From IMG/VR virus record IMGVR_UViG_3300045988_031856: a DNA stretch of 41,956 bases; one strand, written 5' to 3'. Position 1 is the first letter of the stretch. Every line of letters begins with the position of its first letter. Under the pieces are notes generated by a model. That model had not been told where the DNA came from and ran no database searches. It worked only from the letters and a program-made list of their open reading frames with translations. The position numbers and the translations under genes were made by a program. Source of the DNA: a virus. This document shows, piece after piece, positions 15,639-23,611 of the stretch.

Positions 15639-15667
15639 TTGATTAAATCCGAAATTAGAGCTATACT
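15639..15667 (+). promoter_or_regulatory. Early rightward promoter P2 (PR-like) sharing its spacer/operator sequence with P1
   Basis: TTGATT, a 17-nt spacer aaatccgaaattagagc, then TATACT. The spacer matches the P1 spacer at 14/17 positions. Confidence 0.65.
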
Positions 15668-15752
15668 GCTAATTGTAAAATCCATTGCACGAAAAAGGCA
15701 ACAAAAAACCAAGCCTTAACGGAAAGGATTTCCGAAAAAGCTGCAAAACCGT

Positions 15753-15778
15753 ATTGTGATTGCTGGCACTTTCACAAT
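15753..15778. promoter_or_regulatory. Palindromic operator-like site ATTGTGA-N12-TCACAAT
   Basis: Perfect 7-bp arms, located in the 5' leader of the cro-like gene. A ctttttg-ccg-caaaaag hairpin follows. Confidence 0.5.
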
Positions 15779-15832
15779 AATCTTTTTGCCGCAAAAAGTC
15801 AATGTTTTTTACAAAACGCACACAAGGGGGTG

Positions 15833-16018
15833 ATGGAAATTTACGAGCTTTTCCGCGGTAAGATCGCCGAGCAGAAGAAACTGCGGCGGCTTACCAATGG
15901 CGACATTGCCAAGATGACGGGATACTCCGTCAGCACGATCAACGCATTCATGGCTGGCAGACGTGAGAATGACAAGATTGCCAACGCGATTGCAAAGGTG
16001 CTCGATATCGAGCGATAA
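15833..16018 (+). CDS. Cro-like XRE HTH protein
   Basis: LRRLTNGDIAKMTGYSVSTINAFMAGRR. It is the first gene of the rightward early operon. A GTG at 15830 is an alternative start. Confidence 0.7.
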   Translation: MEIYELFRGKIAEQKKLRRLTNGDIAKMTGYSVSTINAFMAGRRENDKIANAIAKVLDIER

Positions 16019-16056
16019 CCACCGCCCGATAGGGCGGCAGAAAGGAAGAACGATCA

Positions 16057-16269
16057 ATGAAAGGCATTAAATTCGAGAAAGACCAGATTCAGGCAGTATA
16101 CGACGAGGTAGCCCGCCGGATGCAGCAGTTTTATACCGACGAATACACCGAGCGTGAAGCGGAAGAAGAACACCGCGCGATGCGGCAGGGCGTGTATTCC
16201 GTCCTGTCCTCGCTGGCGATCAACTGGCCGGAAGTCCGTTACTGGATAGACGAGATCGAGGCCAAATGA
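16057..16269 (+). CDS. Hypothetical early protein
   Basis: 70-aa ORF with a GAAAGGAAG RBS. Confidence 0.55.
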   Translation: MKGIKFEKDQIQAVYDEVARRMQQFYTDEYTEREAEEEHRAMRQGVYSVLSSLAINWPEVRYWIDEIEAK

Positions 16270-16442
16270 AGCTCACCGGTTGGGCGTGGGATCACGCAAG
16301 GGCAGTTGCCGACCGCAATGAGAACCGTTTCGAGACCCGCGGCGAACTTGAGCAATATCTATTAACCGCGCATTGGATACCCTGCGAGGTGGGCCAAATG
16401 ATGGCCTACCTCGACCGGAACAGAAAGGAGGCGAAAGCATGA
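16266..16442 (+). CDS. Hypothetical early protein, 58 aa
   Basis: ATGA overlap with the previous gene; reading starts MKLTGWAWDHARAVADRNENRFETRGELEQYLL…. Confidence 0.45.
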   Translation: MKLTGWAWDHARAVADRNENRFETRGELEQYLLTAHWIPCEVGQMMAYLDRNRKEAKA

Positions 16443-16582
16443 GCGAAAAGGAAAAACAGGCTGCAAAGGAAGTCATCGACAGTTTGAAACAAATCCCGCC
16501 GGACGGCGCGGATTATGTCCGCGGCTATTTGCAGGGAAGACTTGACGGCATCAAAGCCGAGAAGAAGGAGGATAAGGAATGA
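16439..16582 (+). CDS. Hypothetical early protein, 47 aa
   Basis: ATGA overlap and a GGAGG RBS; reading starts MSEKEKQAAKEVIDSLKQIPPDGADYVRGYLQGRLDG…. Confidence 0.45.
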   Translation: MSEKEKQAAKEVIDSLKQIPPDGADYVRGYLQGRLDGIKAEKKEDKE

Positions 16583-16713
16583 AACAGACGATCACCATGG
16601 AAGAGGCCGAGCGCTTTGAGCGTATCATCTGGGCGCTCGTCGAGAAGTATTTCGGCGTGACCGTCACGCCGCTGGATTTGCCCGATGATCTCGGCTACGA
16701 CACGAAGAAATAA
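16579..16713 (+). CDS. Hypothetical early protein, 44 aa
   Basis: ATGA overlap and an AAGGAGGA RBS; reading starts MKQTITMEEAERFERIIWALVEKYFGVTV…. Confidence 0.45.
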   Translation: MKQTITMEEAERFERIIWALVEKYFGVTVTPLDLPDDLGYDTKK

Positions 16714-16737
16714 GCCAACAAAAAGGAGATAACAGGA

Positions 16738-17376
16738 ATGGCAACCAAAACAACCAACGAACAGGTAATCACGATCCCCGCGCTGGACATCCGCACCGCA
16801 ACGGTGAAGATCGTCGGCGATAGTCCGCTCATCATGCATAAGTGGTCGGAGAAGGCAAAAAAGGAAATTCTCGACAAGCAGATGAAAAAAGCGAAGAGCA
16901 AAGGCCACGACGCGAAAGACCCGTTCGCCGACTTCATTTCCTCTATGTACTGGCTCGACGGTGAGCCGGAAAACAAGACCCCGGAGGGCTTTGCCGCAGC
17001 GCTGGAGGATGGAGCGCGGTTCGGCTTCCCGTCAACGGCGGTCAAGGCCGCGGCGGTCGCTGCGGCGTACCGCGCCGGAATTACAAAGAACATGGTTTCC
17101 ATGAACGGCGCGTTTCATATCCTCGGCGAGTTTGTGGAGATCCACGGCGAGCCGGTCATGCGTGAGGACATGGTAAAAATCGCAATGGGAACGGCAGATA
17201 TCCGCTATCGCGGCGAGTTCCCGGAATGGTGGTCGTCGTTCACGGTTCGCTATAACGCCGCTGTCCTTTCTCTCGAGCAGCTCATCAACATGATCAATAT
17301 GGGCGGCTTCGCTTGTGGTCTCGGCGAATGGCGAGCCGAGAGGGGCGGCACGTTCGGCGCGTTCCACGTCGAGTAA
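16738..17376 (+). CDS. Conserved-looking early protein of unknown function, 212 aa
   Basis: AAAGGAG RBS. The C-terminus is G-rich (GGFACGLGEWRAERGGTFGAFHV). It lies immediately upstream of the iteron-like array. Confidence 0.7.
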   Translation: MATKTTNEQVITIPALDIRTATVKIVGDSPLIMHKWSEKAKKEILDKQMKKAKSKGHDAKDPFADFISSMYWLDGEPENKTPEGFAAALEDGARFGFPSTAVKAAAVAAAYRAGITKNMVSMNGAFHILGEFVEIHGEPVMREDMVKIAMGTADIRYRGEFPEWWSSFTVRYNAAVLSLEQLINMINMGGFACGLGEWRAERGGTFGAFHVE

Positions 17377-17380
17377 ACGC

Positions 17381-17708
17381 GGCAGGCGAGGCATGTTGTC
17401 GTAGGCCGTGGCGGGCTATGGCGGGGAGTGGTTTGGCAGGCGAGGCTTGGCAGCGTGAGGCCGGGCGCGATCGGGTTAGTCAAGGTCTGGCAGGCTAGGC
17501 AAGTCCCGGTACGGTGGGTTCAGGCGCGGCATGACATGGCTTGGCAGGCAAGGCGTGTCTGGTTGAGCTCCGGCAAGGTTCCGCATGGCAAGGCGGGGCA
17601 GGCAAGGCAAGGTATGTTCAGATGGGGTACGTTCTGGTCAGGCAAGGCAGGCGAGGCAAGGCAAGCCTTTGTTTGGCACGGCCTGTTAAGCCACGGTTAG
17701 GCAGGCAA
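17381..17708. repeat. Phased iteron-like array: seven copies of GGCAGGC(R/T)AGGC spaced 54 bp apart
   Basis: The core starts at 17381, 17435, 17489, 17543, 17597, 17646 and 17700, giving spacings of 54, 54, 54, 54, 49 and 54. The sequence between cores is degenerate. Extra half-sites (ggcaagg, ggcgcggc) lie in between. Confidence 0.8.
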
Positions 17709-17727
17709 TTTTGAAAGGAGAAACAAC

Positions 17728-18177
17728 ATGGTCTATCAATGGAAAATCCCGGTCGCGCCGGTATCGGCGCAGACCGCCGGTGAAGAGCTCGAGCGGCTTT
17801 ACCGGAAGCACGGCAAGCTCGACCCGGCGGACGTTGTAGAGGAAAGCCGCGACGCCTCCGCACCCCTGCACGGCTGCTTTGAGTGGAACGACGCCATAGC
17901 CGCCGAGAAGTACCGCGTACACCAAGCCGGTGACATCATCCGCGCTCTTGTGATTTCCGAGGATAAAGGAGAAGAGCCGCGCGACACCCGCGCCTTTGTC
18001 CACGTCCGTAGCGATTACCACCCGATCAGCGTTGTCGTAGACGATGCCGCGATGCTGGCCGAGCTGCTCGCAAGCGCCGAAAAGGAAATGACGGCGTTTC
18101 AGCGGAAGTACGAAACCTTGCAGGAGCTTTCCCCGGTCATGGACGCGATCCGCGCCTACCAGCAGAAAACCGCATGA
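17728..18177 (+). CDS. Hypothetical early protein, 149 aa
   Basis: AAAGGAGAA RBS; contains the motif PLHGCFEWNDAIAAEKYRVHQAGDIIRAL. Confidence 0.65.
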   Translation: MVYQWKIPVAPVSAQTAGEELERLYRKHGKLDPADVVEESRDASAPLHGCFEWNDAIAAEKYRVHQAGDIIRALVISEDKGEEPRDTRAFVHVRSDYHPISVVVDDAAMLAELLASAEKEMTAFQRKYETLQELSPVMDAIRAYQQKTA

Positions 18178-18362
18178 TCGCCCCTTGCAAGGGATGTTCC
18201 GCTCGCTTCGTCGGCTGCCACGCATCCTGCCCCCGGTACGCGGAATTTAAGGCCGGATGCAATGCCCGGCGAGAGGAACGGACAAAGCAGCACCCGATTG
18301 CCGATTACACGATCGACATCAAAAAGAGAGTACAAAAGGCGGCGCACCGCCGCAGAAAGTAG
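18174..18362 (+). CDS. Small Cys-rich protein
   Basis: ATGA overlap; reading starts MIAPCKGCSARFVGCHASCPRYAEF…. Confidence 0.55.
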   Translation: MIAPCKGCSARFVGCHASCPRYAEFKAGCNARREERTKQHPIADYTIDIKKRVQKAAHRRRK

Positions 18363-18373
18363 GGAAAACAACC

Positions 18374-18586
18374 ATGACAAAACGAAAGGCGACGTTCGCC
18401 ACCACCGCGATCATGACGCTTCTGGCGGCTGTGATCTTCTTCGTCTGGAAATTTGGAAACGGCATCGGCTTCGCCGTCATCGAGGGCATCTTCGCCGTCT
18501 ACGGATTTTACAGTATGGCCGATGACTGCTGGCGCTGGCTTCAAATACAGGACACAGCGATCATGCAGAGAGGAGGACGGCATTGA
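18374..18586 (+). CDS. Small membrane protein (2 TM)
   Basis: The internal ATG at 18374 gives MTKRKATFATTAIMTLLAAVIFFVWKFGNGIGFAVIEGIFAVYGFY…. Confidence 0.55.
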   Translation: MTKRKATFATTAIMTLLAAVIFFVWKFGNGIGFAVIEGIFAVYGFYSMADDCWRWLQIQDTAIMQRGGRH

Positions 18587-18784
18587 ACGACACACGTTAT
18601 ACGGCCATCGCCGCCGCCCTCCGGGTCGATGCAGACGTTTCTGGAAACCCTCGTTCTCGCGTGGCTCGCACAAAGCGAAAGCGCCGCCGGTGGAGATGAC
18701 ACCGACGACGCTCTCAAATGAAAAAAACAACTATTACTCGCATGATACTACAAATCTTAAATAATGTCAATGGAGGCAAAATGA

Positions 18785-19276
18785 ATGACACTCTACGAAA
18801 TCGACAAGAGCATTGAGGCTCTCGTAAATGCGGTTGATCCCGATACGGGCGAGATCACGGTTGACAATGATGCGCTGGACGCTCTGCTGATGGAGCGAGA
18901 CGCAAAGGTTGAGAACATCGCCTGTTGCATCAAGAACCTTACCGCCGACGCAAAGGCCATCAAAGAAGAGGAAACGGCTCTTTCCGCCCGCCGCAAGACA
19001 ACCGAGAAGAAAGTCGAACGACTGAAAGACTATCTTACATACGCCTTGCAGGGCGAGAAGTTCCAGACTGCAAAATGCGCCGTTTCGTTCCGCAAGTCCT
19101 CCGCAGTCGAAGTTGATGACTGCTTTGTTGAGTGGGCGCAGACCTCCGGCAACGAAGACCTCCTTCGTTATAAACTGCCGGAGGTGGACAAGACCGCCAT
19201 CAAAGCGCGGCTAACATCTGGCGAGGAAATCCCCTGCGCCCGTTTCGTACAGAACATGTCCATTGCGATTAAATGA
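18785..19276 (+). CDS. Siphovirus Gp157-like protein
   Basis: The pattern YEIDKSIEAL…DPDTGEI…ENIACCIKNLTADAKAIKEEETALSARRKTTEKKVERLKDYL…FRKS.AVEV matches Sipho_Gp157 as recalled. Confidence 0.7.
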   Translation: MTLYEIDKSIEALVNAVDPDTGEITVDNDALDALLMERDAKVENIACCIKNLTADAKAIKEEETALSARRKTTEKKVERLKDYLTYALQGEKFQTAKCAVSFRKSSAVEVDDCFVEWAQTSGNEDLLRYKLPEVDKTAIKARLTSGEEIPCARFVQNMSIAIK

Positions 19277-19290
19277 AAGGAGCTTGAATA

Positions 19291-19563
19291 ATGGAAGAAC
19301 GCAAAGTCAACATCATGCTCAACGCCACCGCCGAGCTGAACCGAAAGGAAACGGACGACATTTACATCCCCATCCGCTCGAGTGAGTACCGGAAACTGAT
19401 TTCCGGCTATTACGAAATGGAAAAGAAACTCGAAGCGGAAAAAGACGATGCCACGCGCTGGGGTTCTGAAGCCTACCGCAGCGGTCTGAAAATCAAGGCG
19501 CTAGAATCCGAGCTTGCCGATCTCCGGCAGAAGCTCGCGGAGGTTAAGGAGGCGGCGGAATGA
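19291..19563 (+). CDS. Coiled-coil hypothetical protein
   Basis: 90 aa and heptad-rich; ATGA overlap into the erf gene. Confidence 0.55.
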   Translation: MEERKVNIMLNATAELNRKETDDIYIPIRSSEYRKLISGYYEMEKKLEAEKDDATRWGSEAYRSGLKIKALESELADLRQKLAEVKEAAE

Positions 19564-20204
19564 GCGCATTGAACATCTACCAGCGAATGGCGGCGATCAC
19601 CGCCGAGTTGCAAACCGTCGCAAAGAACCTGAACGTTGAGACCGGCAAGGGCAAGGGCTACAAGGCCGTCTCCGAGCGTGACGTGATCGACGCGGTAAAG
19701 CCGCTCGAAGCCAAACACGGCGTTTATTCCTATCCAGCCTCCCGCCGTGTTCTTGAATCTGCGGCGCTTGAATCCGAGAACGAGTATAACGGCAGGGTCA
19801 CGAAAAAGACCACGTTCTTTGAGCGCATCGAGACCGTGTACCGCTTCGTGAACACGGACGATTCTACCGACTTCATCGAGACCACGACGTTTGCCGAGGG
19901 CATCGATTCGCAGGACAAGGGCAGCGGTAAGGCGATGACCTACGCCGACAAGTACGCACTAATGAAAGCCTATAAGATCAGCACCGGCGACGATCCCGAC
20001 CAGACCGCGAGCGAGGATGTCAATTACACTCGCAAGGCTACGCCCGCTCCAATGTGCGCTGATTGCGGCAAGCACGTTTATCCGGTCAAGAAACGCGACG
20101 GCACAATGTGGAGCGTGTCCGATATGGCGGAATATTCCCGCCGCCGCTTCGACCGCTGCCTCTGTGCCGACTGCATGAAGAAGGCCGAGAAGAATGAAAG
20201 TTGA
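19560..20204 (+). CDS. erf: ERF-family single-strand annealing recombinase with a C-terminal zinc ribbon
   Basis: IYQRMAAITAEL…KGYKAVSERDVIDAVKPL…GKAMTYADKYALMKAY is an ERF signature. The C-terminus is CADCGKH…CLCADC. Confidence 0.8.
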   Translation: MSALNIYQRMAAITAELQTVAKNLNVETGKGKGYKAVSERDVIDAVKPLEAKHGVYSYPASRRVLESAALESENEYNGRVTKKTTFFERIETVYRFVNTDDSTDFIETTTFAEGIDSQDKGSGKAMTYADKYALMKAYKISTGDDPDQTASEDVNYTRKATPAPMCADCGKHVYPVKKRDGTMWSVSDMAEYSRRRFDRCLCADCMKKAEKNES

Positions 20205-20709
20205 TTCCGCCGTCTGGGAGGGCGGCTTCCTGAAGCTACATACCGCTGACGTGGACGCGAGGCACTTTGCCTATGCGTTCACGCCGGGGGAATACGAGAT
20301 CAATGTGAAGAAATCCCTCCGCAGTCTCGACGCGAACGCTTATGCGTGGACATTGATCGACAAGCTCGCCAAAGCAACCGGCGTTCCTGCGTCCGAAGTC
20401 TACCGCCGCGCCGTCCGCGACGTTGGCGGTAACATGAAGATCGTCTGCATCCAGTCAGAGGCGGCGGAAGAGCTGCGGCAAGTCTGGGCATCAAACGGCC
20501 TCGGCTGGCAGTCCGATGTCACGGCGTCAAAAATTCCCGACTGCGTGAATGTGATCCTCTATTACGGCTCCTCGGTTTTTTCCAGTTCGACCATGAGCCG
20601 CCTTATAGACAATCTGATACAGGACGCGAAAGCCGTTGGTATCGAGACCATGCCGCCGGACAAAATCGCCGCCCTGCTGGGGAAATGGGAGGCGAGGAAG
20701 AAAAAATGA
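20194..20709 (+). CDS. Hypothetical protein downstream of erf
   Basis: 171-aa ORF overlapping erf by 11 nt. Confidence 0.6.
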   Translation: MKVDSAVWEGGFLKLHTADVDARHFAYAFTPGEYEINVKKSLRSLDANAYAWTLIDKLAKATGVPASEVYRRAVRDVGGNMKIVCIQSEAAEELRQVWASNGLGWQSDVTASKIPDCVNVILYYGSSVFSSSTMSRLIDNLIQDAKAVGIETMPPDKIAALLGKWEARKKK

Positions 20710-21473
20710 AAATCGAGCTCTTCAACGACAACTTCCAGAATTTCAAGAAGTACAACATACCGAAAGCGCAGCTTGTGATCGCGGACATCCCGTACAACCT
20801 CGGTGCGAACGCTTACGCCTCCAATCCGATGTGGTACGTCGGTGGCGACAACAAGAATGGCGCGAGCAAGAAAGCTGGAAAAGCGTTCTTTAATTCGGAC
20901 GGCAACTTTAACATTGCCGAGTATTTTCACTTCTGCAACCGGCTCTTGAAAAAAGAGCCGAAGGAACGCGGCAAAGCCCCGGCAATGATCGTTTTCTGCG
21001 CATTTGAGCAAATCCCAACGGTCGTGCAGTACGGACAGAAATACGGATTTCAACATTCCTATCCACTTGTATTTATTAAAAACTATTCCGCGCAAGTCCT
21101 CAAGGCCAACATGAAGATCGTAGGCGCTACGGAATACGCCGTTGTCCTCTACCGGGACAAACTCCCGAAATTCAACAACGGCGGAAAGATGATCTTCAAC
21201 TGGTTCGAGTGGCGACGGGACGGAAAGCAATACCCGAAGATTCACCCGACGCAGAAGCCCGTGAACCTATTAAAGCGGCTCATTGAGATCTTTACCGACC
21301 CCGGCGACGTTGTGATCGACCCGGTAGCGGGAAGCGGCGCGACCCTTCGGGCTTGCATGGAAACAGGACGTAGCGGGTACGGCTTTGAGATCATGCGGGA
21401 TATGTGCCGCAAGGCGCAGGAACAGATGCTCACCGTAGAGCCAGACGGCCAGATGACGATGGAGGGAATATGA
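20706..21473 (+). CDS. Orphan DNA methyltransferase (N6-A/N4-C, beta-class motif order)
   Basis: IADIPYNLG (a DPPY-type motif IV) lies near the N-terminus. HPTQKPVNLLKRLIEIFTDPGDVVIDPVAGSGAT (motif I) lies near the C-terminus. No restriction partner is present. Confidence 0.85.
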   Translation: MKIELFNDNFQNFKKYNIPKAQLVIADIPYNLGANAYASNPMWYVGGDNKNGASKKAGKAFFNSDGNFNIAEYFHFCNRLLKKEPKERGKAPAMIVFCAFEQIPTVVQYGQKYGFQHSYPLVFIKNYSAQVLKANMKIVGATEYAVVLYRDKLPKFNNGGKMIFNWFEWRRDGKQYPKIHPTQKPVNLLKRLIEIFTDPGDVVIDPVAGSGATLRACMETGRSGYGFEIMRDMCRKAQEQMLTVEPDGQMTMEGI

Positions 21474-21802
21474 AGCGGATATCTTCCAAGCGCGCTAAGG
21501 CGTGCGCGATTCCCAAGGCCGTCAAAGAGCGCGTTTGGGAACGCGACCATCATTGCTGCGTTTACTGCAAATCGATCTATGCCTTCCCCGAAGCCCACTA
21601 TATCCCCCGTTCCCGCGGGGGATTGGGTATCGAGGAAAACGTACTGACACTCTGCCGCCTCTGTCACGACGCCTTTGACAACGGCACGGCGACGATGCGG
21701 CAGGAGATCGGGCACTACTGCCGGGACTATCTCAAAGCCCATTACCGATGCTGGGACGAACAAAAGTTAATCTACCGAAAGGATGATCCAAGATGGCAAT
21801 GA
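21470..21802 (+). CDS. HNH endonuclease
   Basis: The sequence CCVYC…HYIPRSRGGLGIEENVLTLCRLCHDAFDNG carries the HNH motif with flanking Cys pairs. Confidence 0.8.
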   Translation: MKRISSKRAKACAIPKAVKERVWERDHHCCVYCKSIYAFPEAHYIPRSRGGLGIEENVLTLCRLCHDAFDNGTATMRQEIGHYCRDYLKAHYRCWDEQKLIYRKDDPRWQ

Positions 21803-22176
21803 ACACATGCGTCCTCATGGGACGCCTTACACGAGACCCGGAGAAGCGTTACACGGCGAACAACACGCCGGTCGCGTCGTTTGCGATCGCCGTTGACCGC
21901 TTCAAGGAGGGCACGGACTTCTTCGACATTACCGCATGGCGTGAGACCGGCGAGTTTGTATCCAAGTGGTTTTCCAAGGGCGACATGATCTGCGTCCGCG
22001 GTCGCATCCAGAACCGCGATTGGACGGATAAAAACGGCAACGCCCGCCGGTCAACGGAGATCGTCGCGGATGAGGTCAGCTTCTGCGGCGGCAAAAAGGA
22101 CAAGCCCGACCAGAAGGAAGCCTACGAGCGCGCACAGCTCGAGCCGGTTGAGGATGACGGACGGCTTCCGTTTTAA
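21793..22176 (+). CDS. ssb: Single-stranded DNA-binding protein
   Basis: OB-fold pattern NTCVLMGRLTRDPEKRYT…FFDITAWRE…RIQNRDWTDKNGNARRSTEIVADEV, with an acidic tail ending DDGRLPF. Confidence 0.9.
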   Translation: MAMNTCVLMGRLTRDPEKRYTANNTPVASFAIAVDRFKEGTDFFDITAWRETGEFVSKWFSKGDMICVRGRIQNRDWTDKNGNARRSTEIVADEVSFCGGKKDKPDQKEAYERAQLEPVEDDGRLPF

Positions 22177-22188
22177 CGGAGGCGCACA

Positions 22189-22788
22189 ATGGCATTAGAG
22201 AGCTTCAATGCCTATCACAGCTACCTCGACACCATGGAAGCGCTGAATGACGCGGAGTGCGGGAGACTGTTCAGGGCGCTGCTGGAATACAGCGCGACCG
22301 GCGCAGCTCCGGAACTCCGCGGTAATGAACGCTTTGTCTTCCCCGGCATGAGGTCGCAGATCGATAGGGACATTGAGAAATACAACGCCAAATGCGCGCG
22401 AAACCGCGAGAACGGAGAAAAGGGTGGGGGGCATTCGCCACCGAACGCCCCCGAACGCCCCCGAACGCCCCCCAAGGACAAGGACAAGGACAAAGACAAG
22501 GACAAAGACAAGGACATATCTTTCCCACCTAACGGTGTGAAAGAGAATGCGCGCGCGCACCACCCCACCGTGGAAGAGGTTGCTGCCTACTGCCGGGAGC
22601 GCGGAAACCGCGTTGACGCCGAACGCTTTGTTGACTTCTACGCCTCCAAGGGCTGGAAAGTGGGCAATCAGCCCATGAAAGACTGGAAAGCCTGCGTCCG
22701 AACATGGGAAAGGCGGGAGGACAAACCCAAACAAACCGGTCGCTTTGCGACACCAGACTATGACGCAATGGAGGACTTGCCATGCTGA
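22189..22788 (+). CDS. Replication initiation/organiser protein (DnaD-like C-terminal region) with a low-complexity linker
   Basis: The N-terminus is LLEYSATGAAPELRGNERFVFPGMRSQIDRD. The linker is PPNAPERPRTPPKDKDKDKDKDKDKD. The C-terminus is TVEEVAAYCRERGNRVDAERFVDFYASKGWKVGNQPMKDWKACVRTWE. Confidence 0.7.
   Translation: MALESFNAYHSYLDTMEALNDAECGRLFRALLEYSATGAAPELRGNERFVFPGMRSQIDRDIEKYNAKCARNRENGEKGGGHSPPNAPERPRTPPKDKDKDKDKDKDKDISFPPNGVKENARAHHPTVEEVAAYCRERGNRVDAERFVDFYASKGWKVGNQPMKDWKACVRTWERREDKPKQTGRFATPDYDAMEDLPC
22441..22515 (+). repeat. Tandem repeats inside the replication gene: (ccgaacgccc)x3, then (aaggac/aaagac)x7
   Basis: Three perfect 10-bp units lie at 22441-22470. Seven hexamer units lie at 22474-22515. 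Confidence 0.9.
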
Positions 22789-23585
22789 CAGAAGACATTA
22801 TCGGCAGCATTGCCGAACGCGCGAAACGAAACAACCCCGCCATGCCGGAGGATTACATCGCCTCCGACGGCTTTCTCCATTGCGGCAAATGCGGCGAGCA
22901 GAAAGAATGCGCCATTGACGCCGGAGGAAAAGAGATCATCGTCCGCTGCCTCTGCCGGTGCGGAGCGGAGGCGCGGAAGCAGACCGCCGAGGACGCTTTC
23001 AGGAAGCTCAACGAGGAACGCCGTGCAGATTGGCTGTGCGGATACGAGGGCATGACCTTTGACAATTCCACGGGTAACCCGTCCATGTTCTTCGCCGAGA
23101 AGTTCATCCACCGTTGGACGGATATTTTGGAAAACGGCCTGTCGTTCACGCTCTCCGGCGCTGTCGGATGCGGCAAGACCTACGCTGCGGCGAGCATTGC
23201 CAACGAGCTTTTAGACCGTGGGTATCGCGTCTGGATGGTCTCAACGGTCAATCTGCTTGACCGGATGTTTGACGAGGCCGACATCATCCGCAACCGGCTG
23301 GCGACGTTTGAGCTTGTGGTGCTGGACGATTTCGGCGCAGAACGAAACACGGAATACGCCGCCGAAAAGATGTTTCAGATCATCGACGACCGCATGAGAT
23401 CGCGCCTGCCTACGATCATCACGACGAACATAGACATCACCCAGCCGACGGACAATCTGACATATCAGCGCATTTTCTCCCGCCTGAACGGGGAAGCGCC
23501 GCAGTTCCGCTGCAAGGGCGGTGATCTGCGAGCCGACAGGGGAAGAGAAAAACGGCAGTTTGCCAATGAAATTTTGAAATCCTAA
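22782..23585 (+). CDS. DnaC/IstB-like AAA+ helicase loader with an N-terminal zinc ribbon
   Basis: Walker A is LSGAVGCGKTY and Walker B is LVVLDDFG, with TIITTN downstream. The N-terminus is HCGKCGEQ…CLCRC. Confidence 0.85.
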   Translation: MLTEDIIGSIAERAKRNNPAMPEDYIASDGFLHCGKCGEQKECAIDAGGKEIIVRCLCRCGAEARKQTAEDAFRKLNEERRADWLCGYEGMTFDNSTGNPSMFFAEKFIHRWTDILENGLSFTLSGAVGCGKTYAAASIANELLDRGYRVWMVSTVNLLDRMFDEADIIRNRLATFELVVLDDFGAERNTEYAAEKMFQIIDDRMRSRLPTIITTNIDITQPTDNLTYQRIFSRLNGEAPQFRCKGGDLRADRGREKRQFANEILKS

Positions 23586-23611
23586 AAATTTTTTGAAAGA
23601 AGGAAAACAAC

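Noticed and set aside
17428-17700. 90-aa ORF reading through the GGCAGGC repeat array (WQAR/GQAR repeats)
   Set aside because: It has no convincing SD. Its composition is dictated by the DNA repeat, and the one 49-bp spacing changes the repeat phase. A non-coding iteron-like array is the simpler reading, although translation is not strictly excluded.
17381-17708. Possible CRISPR array, because of the regular spacing
   Set aside because: The conserved unit is only 12 bp, and degenerate copies lie inside the spacers. There are no repeats of 24-40 bp and no cas genes.
18583-18699. 38-aa TTG-initiated basic ORF after the small membrane protein
   Set aside because: It has a non-ATG start and no clear SD, and the Arg-rich tail looks like a frame artefact.
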